From Roseomonas sp. (GTDB taxonomy: Bacteria > Pseudomonadota > Alphaproteobacteria > Acetobacterales > Acetobacteraceae): a DNA stretch of 64,000 bases. This document shows positions 27,180 through 35,676 of this stretch, piece after piece. The notes under the pieces were generated by a model. That model had not been told where the DNA came from. It was given only the letters and a program-made list of their open reading frames with translations, and made no database searches. Where the stretch lies: assembly GCA_020249465.1 (NCBI GenBank), contig JADCFP010000026.1, positions 10,861 to 74,860 on the forward strand, written 5' to 3'. The position numbers and the translations under genes were made by a program. Numbering within the stretch: position 1 is the first letter of the stretch; every line of letters begins with the position of its first letter.

Positions 27180-28136
27180 GTGACCAAACCGCTTTTCCTG
27201 CTGTGGACCGATGGCGCGGATGCCTATCGTAAGGCGATCACCGATGCCGGCCTGAACCAGCGCATCAGGCTTGAAGAATTACCGCGCAACGCCACGCCAA
27301 GCGCCGAACAAACGCAGGAAGCGGAGGCGATGCTGACCTGGGGGCCGCCTGCGGGGACTCTTGCGCAAATGCCGAAGCTCCGTTGGGCGCAAGCCTTGAC
27401 CGCAGGTGTGGAACATTGGCTGGCGCGGGCTGATCTGCCGCCTGGCCTGACGCTGACTTGTGCGCGCGGTACGCATCGCGTGCAAATGCCGGAAAACATC
27501 CTTGGCGCGCTGTTTCACATCACCAAACCCTATGCGGCGATTATCGGCGACAACACCACCGCCACCTGGACACGCCGAGTTTCGACAACACTTGCGGGGC
27601 AGACACTCGGCATTCTTGGCCTTGGCGCGATTGGGCAGGAATTGGCGCGCAAAGCAGCAGCCCTTGAAATGCGCGTGATCGGCACGCGCCGCGCTGGCGG
27701 CACGCTGCCGCATGTGGAACGGGTTTACACCCCGACGGAAACCGATGAAGTACTCGCGCAATCCGATTTCGTCGTGCTGCTGCTGCCCGCGACACCTGAT
27801 ACCGAGAATATCATCAACGCAGCGCGGCTTGCGCGCATGAAAAAGACCGCCTGGCTGCTCAATTTCGGTCGAGGTGCCTTGATTGATGATGCAGCCTTGG
27901 TCGCTGCTGCAAAAGCCGGCACCATTGCGGGTGCGATCCTGGATGTGTTTCGCCAGGAGCCCTTGCCCAAGGATGATCCTTTCTGGAGCACGGAAAACAT
28001 CCTGGTGTTGCCGCATATTGGCGGGCTTCATCCAGCGCGGGATTCGATGGTGGCGGCGCTACTGGTGGAAAATCTGCGTCGCTTTCTGGATGGCGCACCG
28101 CTCAAGGAAGTGGTGGACCGCAAGGCGGGTTACTGA
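27180..28136 (+). CDS. D-isomer-specific 2-hydroxyacid dehydrogenase
   Basis: 318 aa with a GTG start; GILGLGAIGQELARKA NAD fold; ...NFGRGALIDD...DVF..EPLP...PHIGG. Confidence 0.8.
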   Translation: MTKPLFLLWTDGADAYRKAITDAGLNQRIRLEELPRNATPSAEQTQEAEAMLTWGPPAGTLAQMPKLRWAQALTAGVEHWLARADLPPGLTLTCARGTHRVQMPENILGALFHITKPYAAIIGDNTTATWTRRVSTTLAGQTLGILGLGAIGQELARKAAALEMRVIGTRRAGGTLPHVERVYTPTETDEVLAQSDFVVLLLPATPDTENIINAARLARMKKTAWLLNFGRGALIDDAALVAAAKAGTIAGAILDVFRQEPLPKDDPFWSTENILVLPHIGGLHPARDSMVAALLVENLRRFLDGAPLKEVVDRKAGY

Positions 28137-28141
28137 CCCCC

Positions 28142-28912
28142 ATGGCTTATCGGCCCTTCGATCTCAGCGGCAAGGTGGCGCTGATCACGGGCGGCAATTC
28201 CGGCATTGGGCTTGGCATGGCGCAGGCCCTTGCCGAGGCCGGCGCTGATATCGCGATTTGGGGCAGCAATGCCACGAAAAACGCAGCCGCTTTGGAAAGC
28301 CTGAAGCCGCTCGGCGTGCGCCTGCATGCGGCCATCTGCGATATCGGCGATGAAGCGGCGGTGGAGCGCGCCTTCGCGGAAACCGTCGCACAGTTTGGCC
28401 GCGTGGATGCCTGTTTCGCCAATGCCGGCACCTATGGCCATGCATCACGCTTCACCGCGTTGGAAACCGCCGAATGGCAGCGCGTGATGCGCATCAATCT
28501 GGATGGCGCCTTTTTCACGCTGCGCGCCGCAGCGCGGCATATGGTGGAACGCGGCGGCGGTGGTTCCCTGGTAGCCACAGCCTCCCTCGCCGCCATTGAA
28601 GGGGCTGCGCGCAATGCGCATTACGGCGCCACCAAGGGCGCGCTGGTGGCCATGATCCGCGCCTTGGCGGTGGAGATGGCCCGGCATGGCATTCGCGCCA
28701 ATGCCATCCTGCCCGGCTGGATCGAAACTGCCATGACCGCCGGCAATGTGGCGGATGAGCGTTTCAGCGGCGCGGTGCTGCCCCGCATCCCAGCCCGGCG
28801 CTGGGGCCAGCCCGCGGATTTCGGCGGTATCGCGGTTTACTTGGCAAGCGACGCTTCTGCCTATCATTCTGGCGATTGCCTGGTGATTGATGGCGGCTAT
28901 TCGCTGTTTTGA
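28142..28912 (+). CDS. SDR-family oxidoreductase
   Basis: 256 aa; GKVALITGGNSGIGLG, NAG, and YGATKGAL (YxxxK). Confidence 0.85.
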   Translation: MAYRPFDLSGKVALITGGNSGIGLGMAQALAEAGADIAIWGSNATKNAAALESLKPLGVRLHAAICDIGDEAAVERAFAETVAQFGRVDACFANAGTYGHASRFTALETAEWQRVMRINLDGAFFTLRAAARHMVERGGGGSLVATASLAAIEGAARNAHYGATKGALVAMIRALAVEMARHGIRANAILPGWIETAMTAGNVADERFSGAVLPRIPARRWGQPADFGGIAVYLASDASAYHSGDCLVIDGGYSLF

Positions 28913-28964
28913 TCCGGCCCCTCTGGACCCCGGCCCCTCGCTTGGGTAAGAAACATGCCGCGTT

Positions 28965-29047
28965 GCCCCTGTGGCGGAACGGTAGACGCAGACGACTCAA
29001 AATCGTCCGCCCGTAAGGGCATGGGAGTTCGAGTCTCCCTGGGGGCA
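28965..29047 (+). tRNA. tRNA-Leu (anticodon CAA)
   Basis: Manual cloverleaf. Acceptor GCCCCTG/TGGGGGC (two G-U pairs). D-arm GCG-GAACGGTAGA-CGC. Anticodon stem GACGA/TCGTC with loop CTCAAAA. Long variable arm GCCC-GTAA-GGGC. T-arm GGGAG-TTCGAGT-CTCCC. Discriminator A. CCA not encoded. Confidence 0.9.
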
Positions 29048-29081
29048 TTCCTGACCAGCACAAGATACCGGCGCCGAAGGA

Positions 29082-29769
29082 TTAATCCTTATCAGCGGGC
29101 GTTTGTGATGTGGTGGGCGGATAGACCCGCGTTTCATGCTTCAGTCTTTCACGCCCGGCAGCGTAAAGCCCAAGTGTGGCCAGCATCACCACCAGCGCAA
29201 CCATCACCATGCGCACAAAACCGCGTTCAATGGCGATGCTGCTTATGACACTGCCGATCAGAAAGCCGGAAACAAGCCCCCCGAAAGGCGCCGAGTGATT
29301 TCAGCTCCTCGGTCAGGACTGAAGAAGGCACATCATTTCGGTAATCCAGCAGATAGGCGATGGTGGCACCAAGAATGGCGCAAATCGCGCCTGATGCGCC
29401 GACGCTATTCACCTGGGGATTCCAAAGCAGGCTGAAGCCACTCGCGCAGATGCCGCCGACCAGATAGATCACCAGAAAAAGGTTGGGGCCGAAAATGCGT
29501 TCGCAAAGGCCGCCGAAACGCCACAGCGTGTACATATTGATGAATAGATGCAGCGGGCCGGCATGCAGGAATATGGCACTCGCTAGGCGCCAGCATTCGC
29601 CTTGCAACGCCAGTGGCCCGTAATTGGAACCCCAGGGGATGAGCGTCTCACCTTCCTGGAAAAACCAGCCGCCATTGAAGATGCAGACGGCAAGGGTGAT
29701 TGCAATGTTCAGCCAAATCAGCGCGGGGACGATGTGGATGCGTGGATGGCGTTCGATTAGCTGATCCAC
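29082..29769 (-). pseudogene. Rhomboid-family intramembrane serine protease, apparently frameshifted and degraded
   Basis: The track ORF 29227-29769 (GTG start) carries WRLASAIFLHAGPLHLFINM and GASGAICAILGA (GxSG), then ends in non-membrane sequence. The expected last helices FGGLVSGFLIGSVISSIAIERGFVRMVMVALVVMLATLGLYAAG... are in another frame that runs to TAA at 29082-29084. The junction is near the C6 run at 29277-29282. Confidence 0.6.
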
Positions 29770-29933
29770 ATAACGGGCGATTTCCCGTTCTTCTGCCGCG
29801 TCGGGGGATTGATCCGCTTCGGGGTTGGGCGCGGGTCAGGGTCAGGGGATTTGCCAGGCATGGGGCGTACGCCATCTTGGATTTAGCTGAAAATCCAAGG
29901 CGAATACGGCAGAGTTGGCAAATCAGATTGATG

Positions 29934-30785
29934 TCAGGGTGGCCGTCGCGGTATGTCCTTTGTCGCCAGATAGGCCCCGACATGGCGATGATAATGCCCA
30001 AGCGGACGCCGCTTGCCTTGGGCGGAACGCGCTGCCCAGCGGTTCATCGCCCGCCAGCGCCATAAAATGCGCGCGACTTCCGGCGTGGCAGCGCCAAAAG
30101 CCAAGGGGTTTTCGCGCAGCATTGCCAAGGCTTCGGCGTAATCGGCATCAAAGCTAGTGGTGCGCGTTTCAGTGAGCTGGCCTTTGCGAAGCTGGTAGCG
30201 ATAGGCCAGCGCCGCCGAAACTGGCGCCCTTCCCCCAGCCCCGGCCAGGGCCTGCAAATCCGCCCAGACATCGTCAATCAGCCGGAAGGGGCGAAAGGGC
30301 TCGGCGGTTGCTCGCGGGCGCACCACATGGAGTGAGGCGAAAGCCTCTCGCCATTCACGCCAACCGAGGCTGGCCGTGCCCGGGGGCGGCACGCGGCGGA
30401 GTGCCGCGCCATCCGGGGTGCGGATGATGCTGGGGATCACGGCAGCGCCATGCGCACGCGCCAAGGCGAGGGTTGCAGCCAGGCCATCCGCAGCGCCTTC
30501 ATAGCCATCATCCGCATCCAGCATGGTGATGAAATCGCCCTGTGCCAAAGCCAAGGCGCGGTTGCGCGCGGCTGGCGCACCAGAGGCAATCGGCCCGATC
30601 GGCGCAAAAACCAGCCTGGGATCGGCGGGCAGGCATGCGCGATAATCCGTACCGTCATCGGAGGCGATAATCACCTCAACCGCCGCCCCCTCAGCATGCG
30701 CAAGGACCGAGGCGACGGCAGCGCCGATTTCCGCGCGCAGCTGATGTGCGGCCATCAGGATGCTGATTTCGGGCGCGGGGTGCAT
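29934..30785 (-). CDS. Family 2 glycosyltransferase
   Basis: The track ORF is over-extended. Start 30785 gives MHPAPEISILMAAHQ... Contains SDDGTD and MLDADD motifs. Confidence 0.7.
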   Translation of the reverse strand: MHPAPEISILMAAHQLRAEIGAAVASVLAHAEGAAVEVIIASDDGTDYRACLPADPRLVFAPIGPIASGAPAARNRALALAQGDFITMLDADDGYEGAADGLAATLALARAHGAAVIPSIIRTPDGAALRRVPPPGTASLGWREWREAFASLHVVRPRATAEPFRPFRLIDDVWADLQALAGAGGRAPVSAALAYRYQLRKGQLTETRTTSFDADYAEALAMLRENPLAFGAATPEVARILWRWRAMNRWAARSAQGKRRPLGHYHRHVGAYLATKDIPRRPP

Positions 30786-30966
30786 GCGGGTTCCGGCTTG
30801 GGGTTGAGGCGATTTTCGTGACGTTAATCTGGCAGGGCCGGGATGATGAATGTCAAGAAAAGCCGATTTTCGCGCGATTTTGTGAGGCTTTACCATTTCT
30901 CTCTGGACAAGCGCCCCAAGAATGGATTCTTTAGGGACCACTTCAAGTCATGGGGTTATCGCGCTT

Positions 30967-31296
30967 ATGGCGCTGCTTTCCATCTTCAAGCGCATCCTAA
31001 AAGGGGTGCTCGTGCCGGCCGTGTTCCTCGCGGTGTCGGGCTATTTCGCCTGGCATGCGGTGCATGGCGAACGCGGGCTGATGGCGCGCGATAAGCGCCA
31101 GGGTGATATCGTGGCAGCGCGGGCGGCGCTGCAACAGGCCGAGGCCGAGCGGGATGCGATGGAACGCCGCGTGACCGGCTTGCGCGGTGATCGTCTGGAC
31201 CGGGATCAGCTTGAAGAACGTGCCCGGTCGCTGCTGAATATGGTCGGGCGGGATGAGGTGATTGTGCCCTATGGGCCGGAACGCCGGCTTTACTGA
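30967..31296 (+). CDS. ftsB: Septum formation initiator (FtsB/DivIC family)
   Basis: MALLSIFKRILKGVLVPAVFLAVSGYFAWHAVHGERGL TM segment plus coiled coil. Position directly upstream of pdhA matches common alphaproteobacterial synteny. Confidence 0.75.
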   Translation: MALLSIFKRILKGVLVPAVFLAVSGYFAWHAVHGERGLMARDKRQGDIVAARAALQQAEAERDAMERRVTGLRGDRLDRDQLEERARSLLNMVGRDEVIVPYGPERRLY

Positions 31297-31379
31297 CCGG
31301 CGGGCGCTGCGCCCAGCTTTTGCTGATTTTTCAAGCCTTAGGGAACCCGGCTTATGCCGCTGGGGAGGCGACATGCGTG

Positions 31380-31500
31380 CATCCTATATGGCGAAACAAA
31401 CACTTAACTGAATTACAGTTAATTACATTATTGCATTGCAAAAACACGGTTTTTTCATCTTTCATGGCTTGAAATTGGCAATTATACGGCGCTAATGGTG
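31380..31500 (+). promoter_or_regulatory. AT-rich, palindrome-dense putative control region upstream of pdhA
   Basis: Conspicuously AT-rich in a GC-rich window. Perfect palindromes TTAACTG-aatta-CAGTTAA (31404-31422) and TTGCA-t-TGCAA (31431-41). Direct repeat AATTACA at 31411 and 31421. AGGAGGAA SD precedes the pdhA ATG at 31530. Confidence 0.55.
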
Positions 31501-31529
31501 CCAGGACGCTAAGCGCAGGAGGAATTCCC

Positions 31530-32552
31530 ATGCCCCAGGTCACCGAAGCCGCCACCAAGCGGCGCGGCAAAGCCAAAACACCGTCTCTGTCGCGCGATGA
31601 AATGCTGCGCGCCTATCGCGACATGCTGCTGATCCGCCGTTTTGAGGAAAAGGCCGGCCAGCTTTACGGCATGGGGCTGATTGGCGGCTTTTGCCATCTT
31701 TACATCGGCCAGGAAGCCGTGGTGGTGGGCATGCAAATGTGCCTGAAGCCAGGGGATCAGGTTATCACCTCCTACCGCGACCACGGGCATATGCTGGCCA
31801 CCGGCATGGAAGCCCGCGGCGTGATGGCGGAACTCACCGGGCGCATTGGCGGCTATTCCAAGGGCAAGGGCGGGTCCATGCATATGTTCAGCCGGGAGAA
31901 GGGATTCTACGGCGGGCATGGCATTGTGGGCGCGCAGGCGTCACTCGGCAATGGCCTCGCCTTCGCGAATTGGTATCGGCAGGATGGGCGTGTGGCGCTG
32001 ACCTATTTCGGCGAAGGCGCTTCCAACCAGGGCCAGGTGTTTGAAAGCCTGAATCTGGCCGCTCTGTTCAAGCTACCCTGCATTTTCATCATCGAAAACA
32101 ATAAATACGGCATGGGCACCAGCGTTGATCGTGCCTCGGCCTCCCGTGACTTGTCGCAGAATGGCGCGCCCTGGGGCATCCCTGGTGAGCAGGTGAATGG
32201 CATGGATGTGGCTTCCGTGCGCGAAGCCGGTGAACGTGCCGTCGCGCATTGCCGCGCCGGCAAGGGGCCGTATCTGCTGGAGATGAAAACCTATCGCTAT
32301 CGCGGCCATTCCATGTCCGACCCCGCGAAGTACCGCACCCGCGAAGAAGTGCAGAAAATGCGTGAAACATCGGATTGCATCGAGACCGCGCGCAAGGCGC
32401 TACTGGATGATTTCGGCGTGACGGAGGCCGACCTCAAGGTGATTGATGATGAGGTGAAGGCGATTGTCCAGGACAGCGCCGATTTCGCGCAGGAAAGCCC
32501 GGAACCGCCGGAATCCGAATTGATGACTGACATTCTGGTGGAGGCGAACTGA
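31530..32552 (+). CDS. pdhA: Pyruvate dehydrogenase E1 alpha subunit
   Basis: 340 aa; ...[29 protein letters not shown]..., GDGA-type TPP motif region [11 protein letters not shown]. Confidence 0.95.
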   Translation: MPQVTEAATKRRGKAKTPSLSRDEMLRAYRDMLLIRRFEEKAGQLYGMGLIGGFCHLYIGQEAVVVGMQMCLKPGDQVITSYRDHGHMLATGMEARGVMAELTGRIGGYSKGKGGSMHMFSREKGFYGGHGIVGAQASLGNGLAFANWYRQDGRVALTYFGEGASNQGQVFESLNLAALFKLPCIFIIENNKYGMGTSVDRASASRDLSQNGAPWGIPGEQVNGMDVASVREAGERAVAHCRAGKGPYLLEMKTYRYRGHSMSDPAKYRTREEVQKMRETSDCIETARKALLDDFGVTEADLKVIDDEVKAIVQDSADFAQESPEPPESELMTDILVEAN

Positions 32553-32553
32553 G

Positions 32554-33894
32554 ATGGGTGCCGTGATCCTGATGCCCGCGCTTTCCCCCACCATGACGGA
32601 AGGCAAGCTGGCCCGCTGGCTGAAAAAAACCGGCGACAAGGTGAAGTCCGGTGAAGTGATTGCCGAGATTGAAACCGACAAGGCGACCATGGAAGTGGAA
32701 GCGGTGGATGAGGGTGTGCTGACCTCCATCCTCGTGCCGGAGGGCACCGAAAATGTCGCGGTGAATACCGCGATTGCCGAATTGGATGGCGGCACTGGCA
32801 CAGCGCAAGCCGCGCCTGCGCCGGTGGCACCGGCACCCGCCGCCGCACCCGTCCCGGCATCAGTGCCGGCCGCGCCGCGCGCCGCAACGCCCGAGAAGGA
32901 TTGGGGTCCGACCAAGACGATTACGGTGCGCGAAGCCTTGCGTGATGCCATGGCGGCAGAAATGCGCGCTGATGCCGATGTGTTTCTGATCGGTGAAGAA
33001 GTGGCGCAATACCAGGGCGCCTATAAAATCAGTCAAGGCTTGCTGGAAGAATTCGGCCCACGCCGCGTGATGGATATGCCCATCACCGAACATGGCTTTA
33101 CCGGCATGGCGGTGGGGGCAGCCTTTACCGGCCTGAAGCCGATTGTGGAATTCATGACCTTCAATTTCTCCATGCAGGCGATTGACCAGATCATCAATTC
33201 TGCCGCCAAGACCCTGTATATGTCGGGCGGTCAATTGGGCTGCCCCATTGTCTTCCGCGGCCCGAATGGTGCGGCTTCACGCGTCGCGGCGCAGCATTCG
33301 CAATGCTACGCGTCCTGGTATGCGCATTGCCCGGGGCTGAAGGTGATCGCGCCCTGGTCGGCGGCTGATGCCAAGGGGCTGTTGCGCGCGGCCATTCGCG
33401 ACCCCAATCCGGTGATCGTACTGGAAAATGAAATCCTCTACGGGCAAAGCTTTGATTGCCCAACGGCGGATGATTTCGTGCTGCCGATTGGCAAAGCCAA
33501 GGTGGAACGCGCAGGCAGTGATGTGACCATCGTTGCTTTTTCCATCATGGTCGGCATGGCGATGCAGGCGGCGGAGAAGCTCGCGGAACAGGGCATCAGT
33601 GCTGAGGTGATCAATCTGCGCTCCATCCGGCCTTTGGATACGGAAACCATCGCGGCTTCCGTGCGCAAGACCAATCGCCTGGTGACCCTGGAAGAAGGCT
33701 GGCCCTTCGCGGGCATCGGCGCAGAGGTTGCCATGCAAATCATGGAAACCGCCTTTGATCATTTGGATGCACCGCCGGTGCGCGTGACAGGTGTGGATGT
33801 GCCCATGCCTTATGCGGCCAATCTTGAAAAACTCGCGCTACCGCGCCTGGAACAGGTGGTGGAAGCGGCGCGTAGCGTCACCTATCGGCGGTAA
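32554..33894 (+). CDS. pdhB: Pyruvate dehydrogenase E1 beta subunit with N-terminal lipoyl domain
   Basis: 446 aa. Lipoyl domain [19 protein letters not shown]...[13 protein letters not shown], an Ala/Pro linker, then the transketolase-like E1 beta core. Confidence 0.95.
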   Translation: MGAVILMPALSPTMTEGKLARWLKKTGDKVKSGEVIAEIETDKATMEVEAVDEGVLTSILVPEGTENVAVNTAIAELDGGTGTAQAAPAPVAPAPAAAPVPASVPAAPRAATPEKDWGPTKTITVREALRDAMAAEMRADADVFLIGEEVAQYQGAYKISQGLLEEFGPRRVMDMPITEHGFTGMAVGAAFTGLKPIVEFMTFNFSMQAIDQIINSAAKTLYMSGGQLGCPIVFRGPNGAASRVAAQHSQCYASWYAHCPGLKVIAPWSAADAKGLLRAAIRDPNPVIVLENEILYGQSFDCPTADDFVLPIGKAKVERAGSDVTIVAFSIMVGMAMQAAEKLAEQGISAEVINLRSIRPLDTETIAASVRKTNRLVTLEEGWPFAGIGAEVAMQIMETAFDHLDAPPVRVTGVDVPMPYAANLEKLALPRLEQVVEAARSVTYRR

Positions 33895-33905
33895 GGGGAA
33901 AGATC

Positions 33906-35177
33906 ATGGCAACAAATATCCTGATGCCGGCTTTGTCTCCGACGATGACGGAAGGCAATCTGGCACGCTGGCTGAAGCAGGAAGGTGACCGGATCAAGGC
34001 CGGCGATGTGATTGCGGAAATCGAAACCGATAAGGCGACGATGGAAGTGGAAGCGGTGGATGAGGGCATTCTGGGCCGCATCCTGGTGCCCGCTGGCACG
34101 CAAGCGGTGAAGGTGAATGACGTGATCGCCGTGCTGGTGGAAGCGGGCGAAGCCGTGCCTGCTGCTGGCGCCGCACCGAAAGCGGCGCCTGCACCTGCCG
34201 CACCCGCGCCTGTTGCGGCAGCGCCTGCCGCTGCTGCGCCGGCACCTGCACCAGCATCAGGTGATCGCGTTTTCGCGAGCCCGCTGGCGCGTCGCATGGC
34301 CGCGCAAGCCGGTTTGGATATCGCCAAAATCGCCGGTTCCGGCCCCAATGGGCGAATTGTGAAGGCGGATGTGGATGCGGCGTTGTCACGCGGCCCCGCG
34401 CCTGTGGCTGCCGCCGCACCGGCTGCCGCGCCCGCGCCTATTGCGGCACCACGTCCCGCCGCGCCGGTTGCGACTACTGCACCGCATACCGCTATCCCCA
34501 ATAGCAGCATGCGCAAGGTGATTGCGCGGCGCCTTTCCGAATCCAAGGCGACCATCCCGCATTTCTATGTCAGCACCGATGTGGAAATTGATGCGCTGCT
34601 GAAAATCCGCGCTGATTTGAATGCGCGGAGCCCCAAGGATGGCCCCGGCGCATACAAACTTTCCGTCAATGATCTGGTGATCAAGGCGACCGCCGTCACA
34701 TTGCGCCGCTTCCCCAATGTGAATGCGATGTGGACCGAAGATGCCATTCTGCAATTACATGATGTGGATATCTCGGTCGCGGTCTCCATCCCGGATGGGC
34801 TGATTACGCCGATTGTGAAAGGCGCCGACATCAAGGGCCTTGCTGCCATCAGCAATGAAATGAAGGACCTGGCCGCGCGCGCCAAAACCGGCAAGCTGAA
34901 GCCCGAGGAATTTCAGGGCGGTGGGTTTTCCATCTCCAATATGGGGATGTATGGCGTGAAGGATTTCGCTGCCATCATCAACCCGCCGCAGTCTGGCATT
35001 CTGGCGGTATCGGCGGGCGAGCAGCGCCCGGTGGTGAAGAATGGCGCGTTGGCTATCGCAACCGTGATGACGCTGACCCTTTCCGTGGATCATCGCGTGA
35101 TTGACGGCGCTTTGGCAGCTGAATTCCTGCAAGCGCTGAAGCGCAATATTGAGGATCCGCTGAGCCTGATGCTTTGA
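33906..35177 (+). CDS. pdhC: Dihydrolipoyllysine-residue acetyltransferase (PDH E2)
   Basis: 423 aa; lipoyl domain, E3-binding domain ([16 protein letters not shown]) and catalytic DHRVIDGA. Confidence 0.95.
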   Translation: MATNILMPALSPTMTEGNLARWLKQEGDRIKAGDVIAEIETDKATMEVEAVDEGILGRILVPAGTQAVKVNDVIAVLVEAGEAVPAAGAAPKAAPAPAAPAPVAAAPAAAAPAPAPASGDRVFASPLARRMAAQAGLDIAKIAGSGPNGRIVKADVDAALSRGPAPVAAAAPAAAPAPIAAPRPAAPVATTAPHTAIPNSSMRKVIARRLSESKATIPHFYVSTDVEIDALLKIRADLNARSPKDGPGAYKLSVNDLVIKATAVTLRRFPNVNAMWTEDAILQLHDVDISVAVSIPDGLITPIVKGADIKGLAAISNEMKDLAARAKTGKLKPEEFQGGGFSISNMGMYGVKDFAAIINPPQSGILAVSAGEQRPVVKNGALAIATVMTLTLSVDHRVIDGALAAEFLQALKRNIEDPLSLML

Positions 35178-35659
35178 TGGGTGCTGGCTTCACGCTGCGC
35201 GATGCAACACCGGCCGATGTGGCGGTGGTGGTGCATTTCGTGCGCGCCTTGGCCGAGTATGAAAAGCTGCTGCATGAGGCGAAGGGAACCGAGGCTGATT
35301 TTGCTGCGGCGCTTTTTGGCGAAACGCCGCGTGCCGCCGCGATTATCGCGGAAGCAGATGGCAAGGCGGTTGGACTTTGCATTTGGTATCGCACCTTTTC
35401 CACCTTCACCGCGCGGCACGGCATTTGGGTGGAAGATATTTTTGTCGAGCCCGCCTATCGCGGCCGCGGCATTGCCCGCGCCATTTTCCGGCGCCTGGCG
35501 CAGCAGGTGAAGGATGAAGGCGGCGCAAGGCTTGAGTGGAATGTGCTGGATTGGAATGAGCCCGCGATTGGCGCCTATCGCGCCATGGGTGCGCGCGGGC
35601 TTGATCAATGGACCATGCAACGCGTTGACGGCGCGGCGCTTGATCGCCTGGCCGAATAG
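35177..35659 (+). CDS. GNAT-family N-acetyltransferase
   Basis: The ATG overlaps the pdhC stop (TGATG). ...VEDIFVEPAYRGRGIARAIFRRLA is an acetyl-CoA-binding motif. Confidence 0.8.
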   Translation: MGAGFTLRDATPADVAVVVHFVRALAEYEKLLHEAKGTEADFAAALFGETPRAAAIIAEADGKAVGLCIWYRTFSTFTARHGIWVEDIFVEPAYRGRGIARAIFRRLAQQVKDEGGARLEWNVLDWNEPAIGAYRAMGARGLDQWTMQRVDGAALDRLAE

Positions 35660-35676
35660 AGGAAGGAGCCTGAGAC

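Noticed and set aside
28965-30785. Genomic island integrated at tRNA-Leu (tRNA followed by a degraded rhomboid and a GT2 gene).
   Set aside because: I found no integrase, recombinase or transposase, and no direct repeat of the tRNA 3' end elsewhere in the window. Only the pseudogene observation is retained.
32800-34480. Repetitive GC-rich GCN/CCN stretches that could be tandem repeats.
   Set aside because: They encode the Ala/Pro-rich flexible linkers of PDH E1 beta and E2 ([13 protein letters not shown]... and similar), an expected feature of lipoyl-domain proteins.
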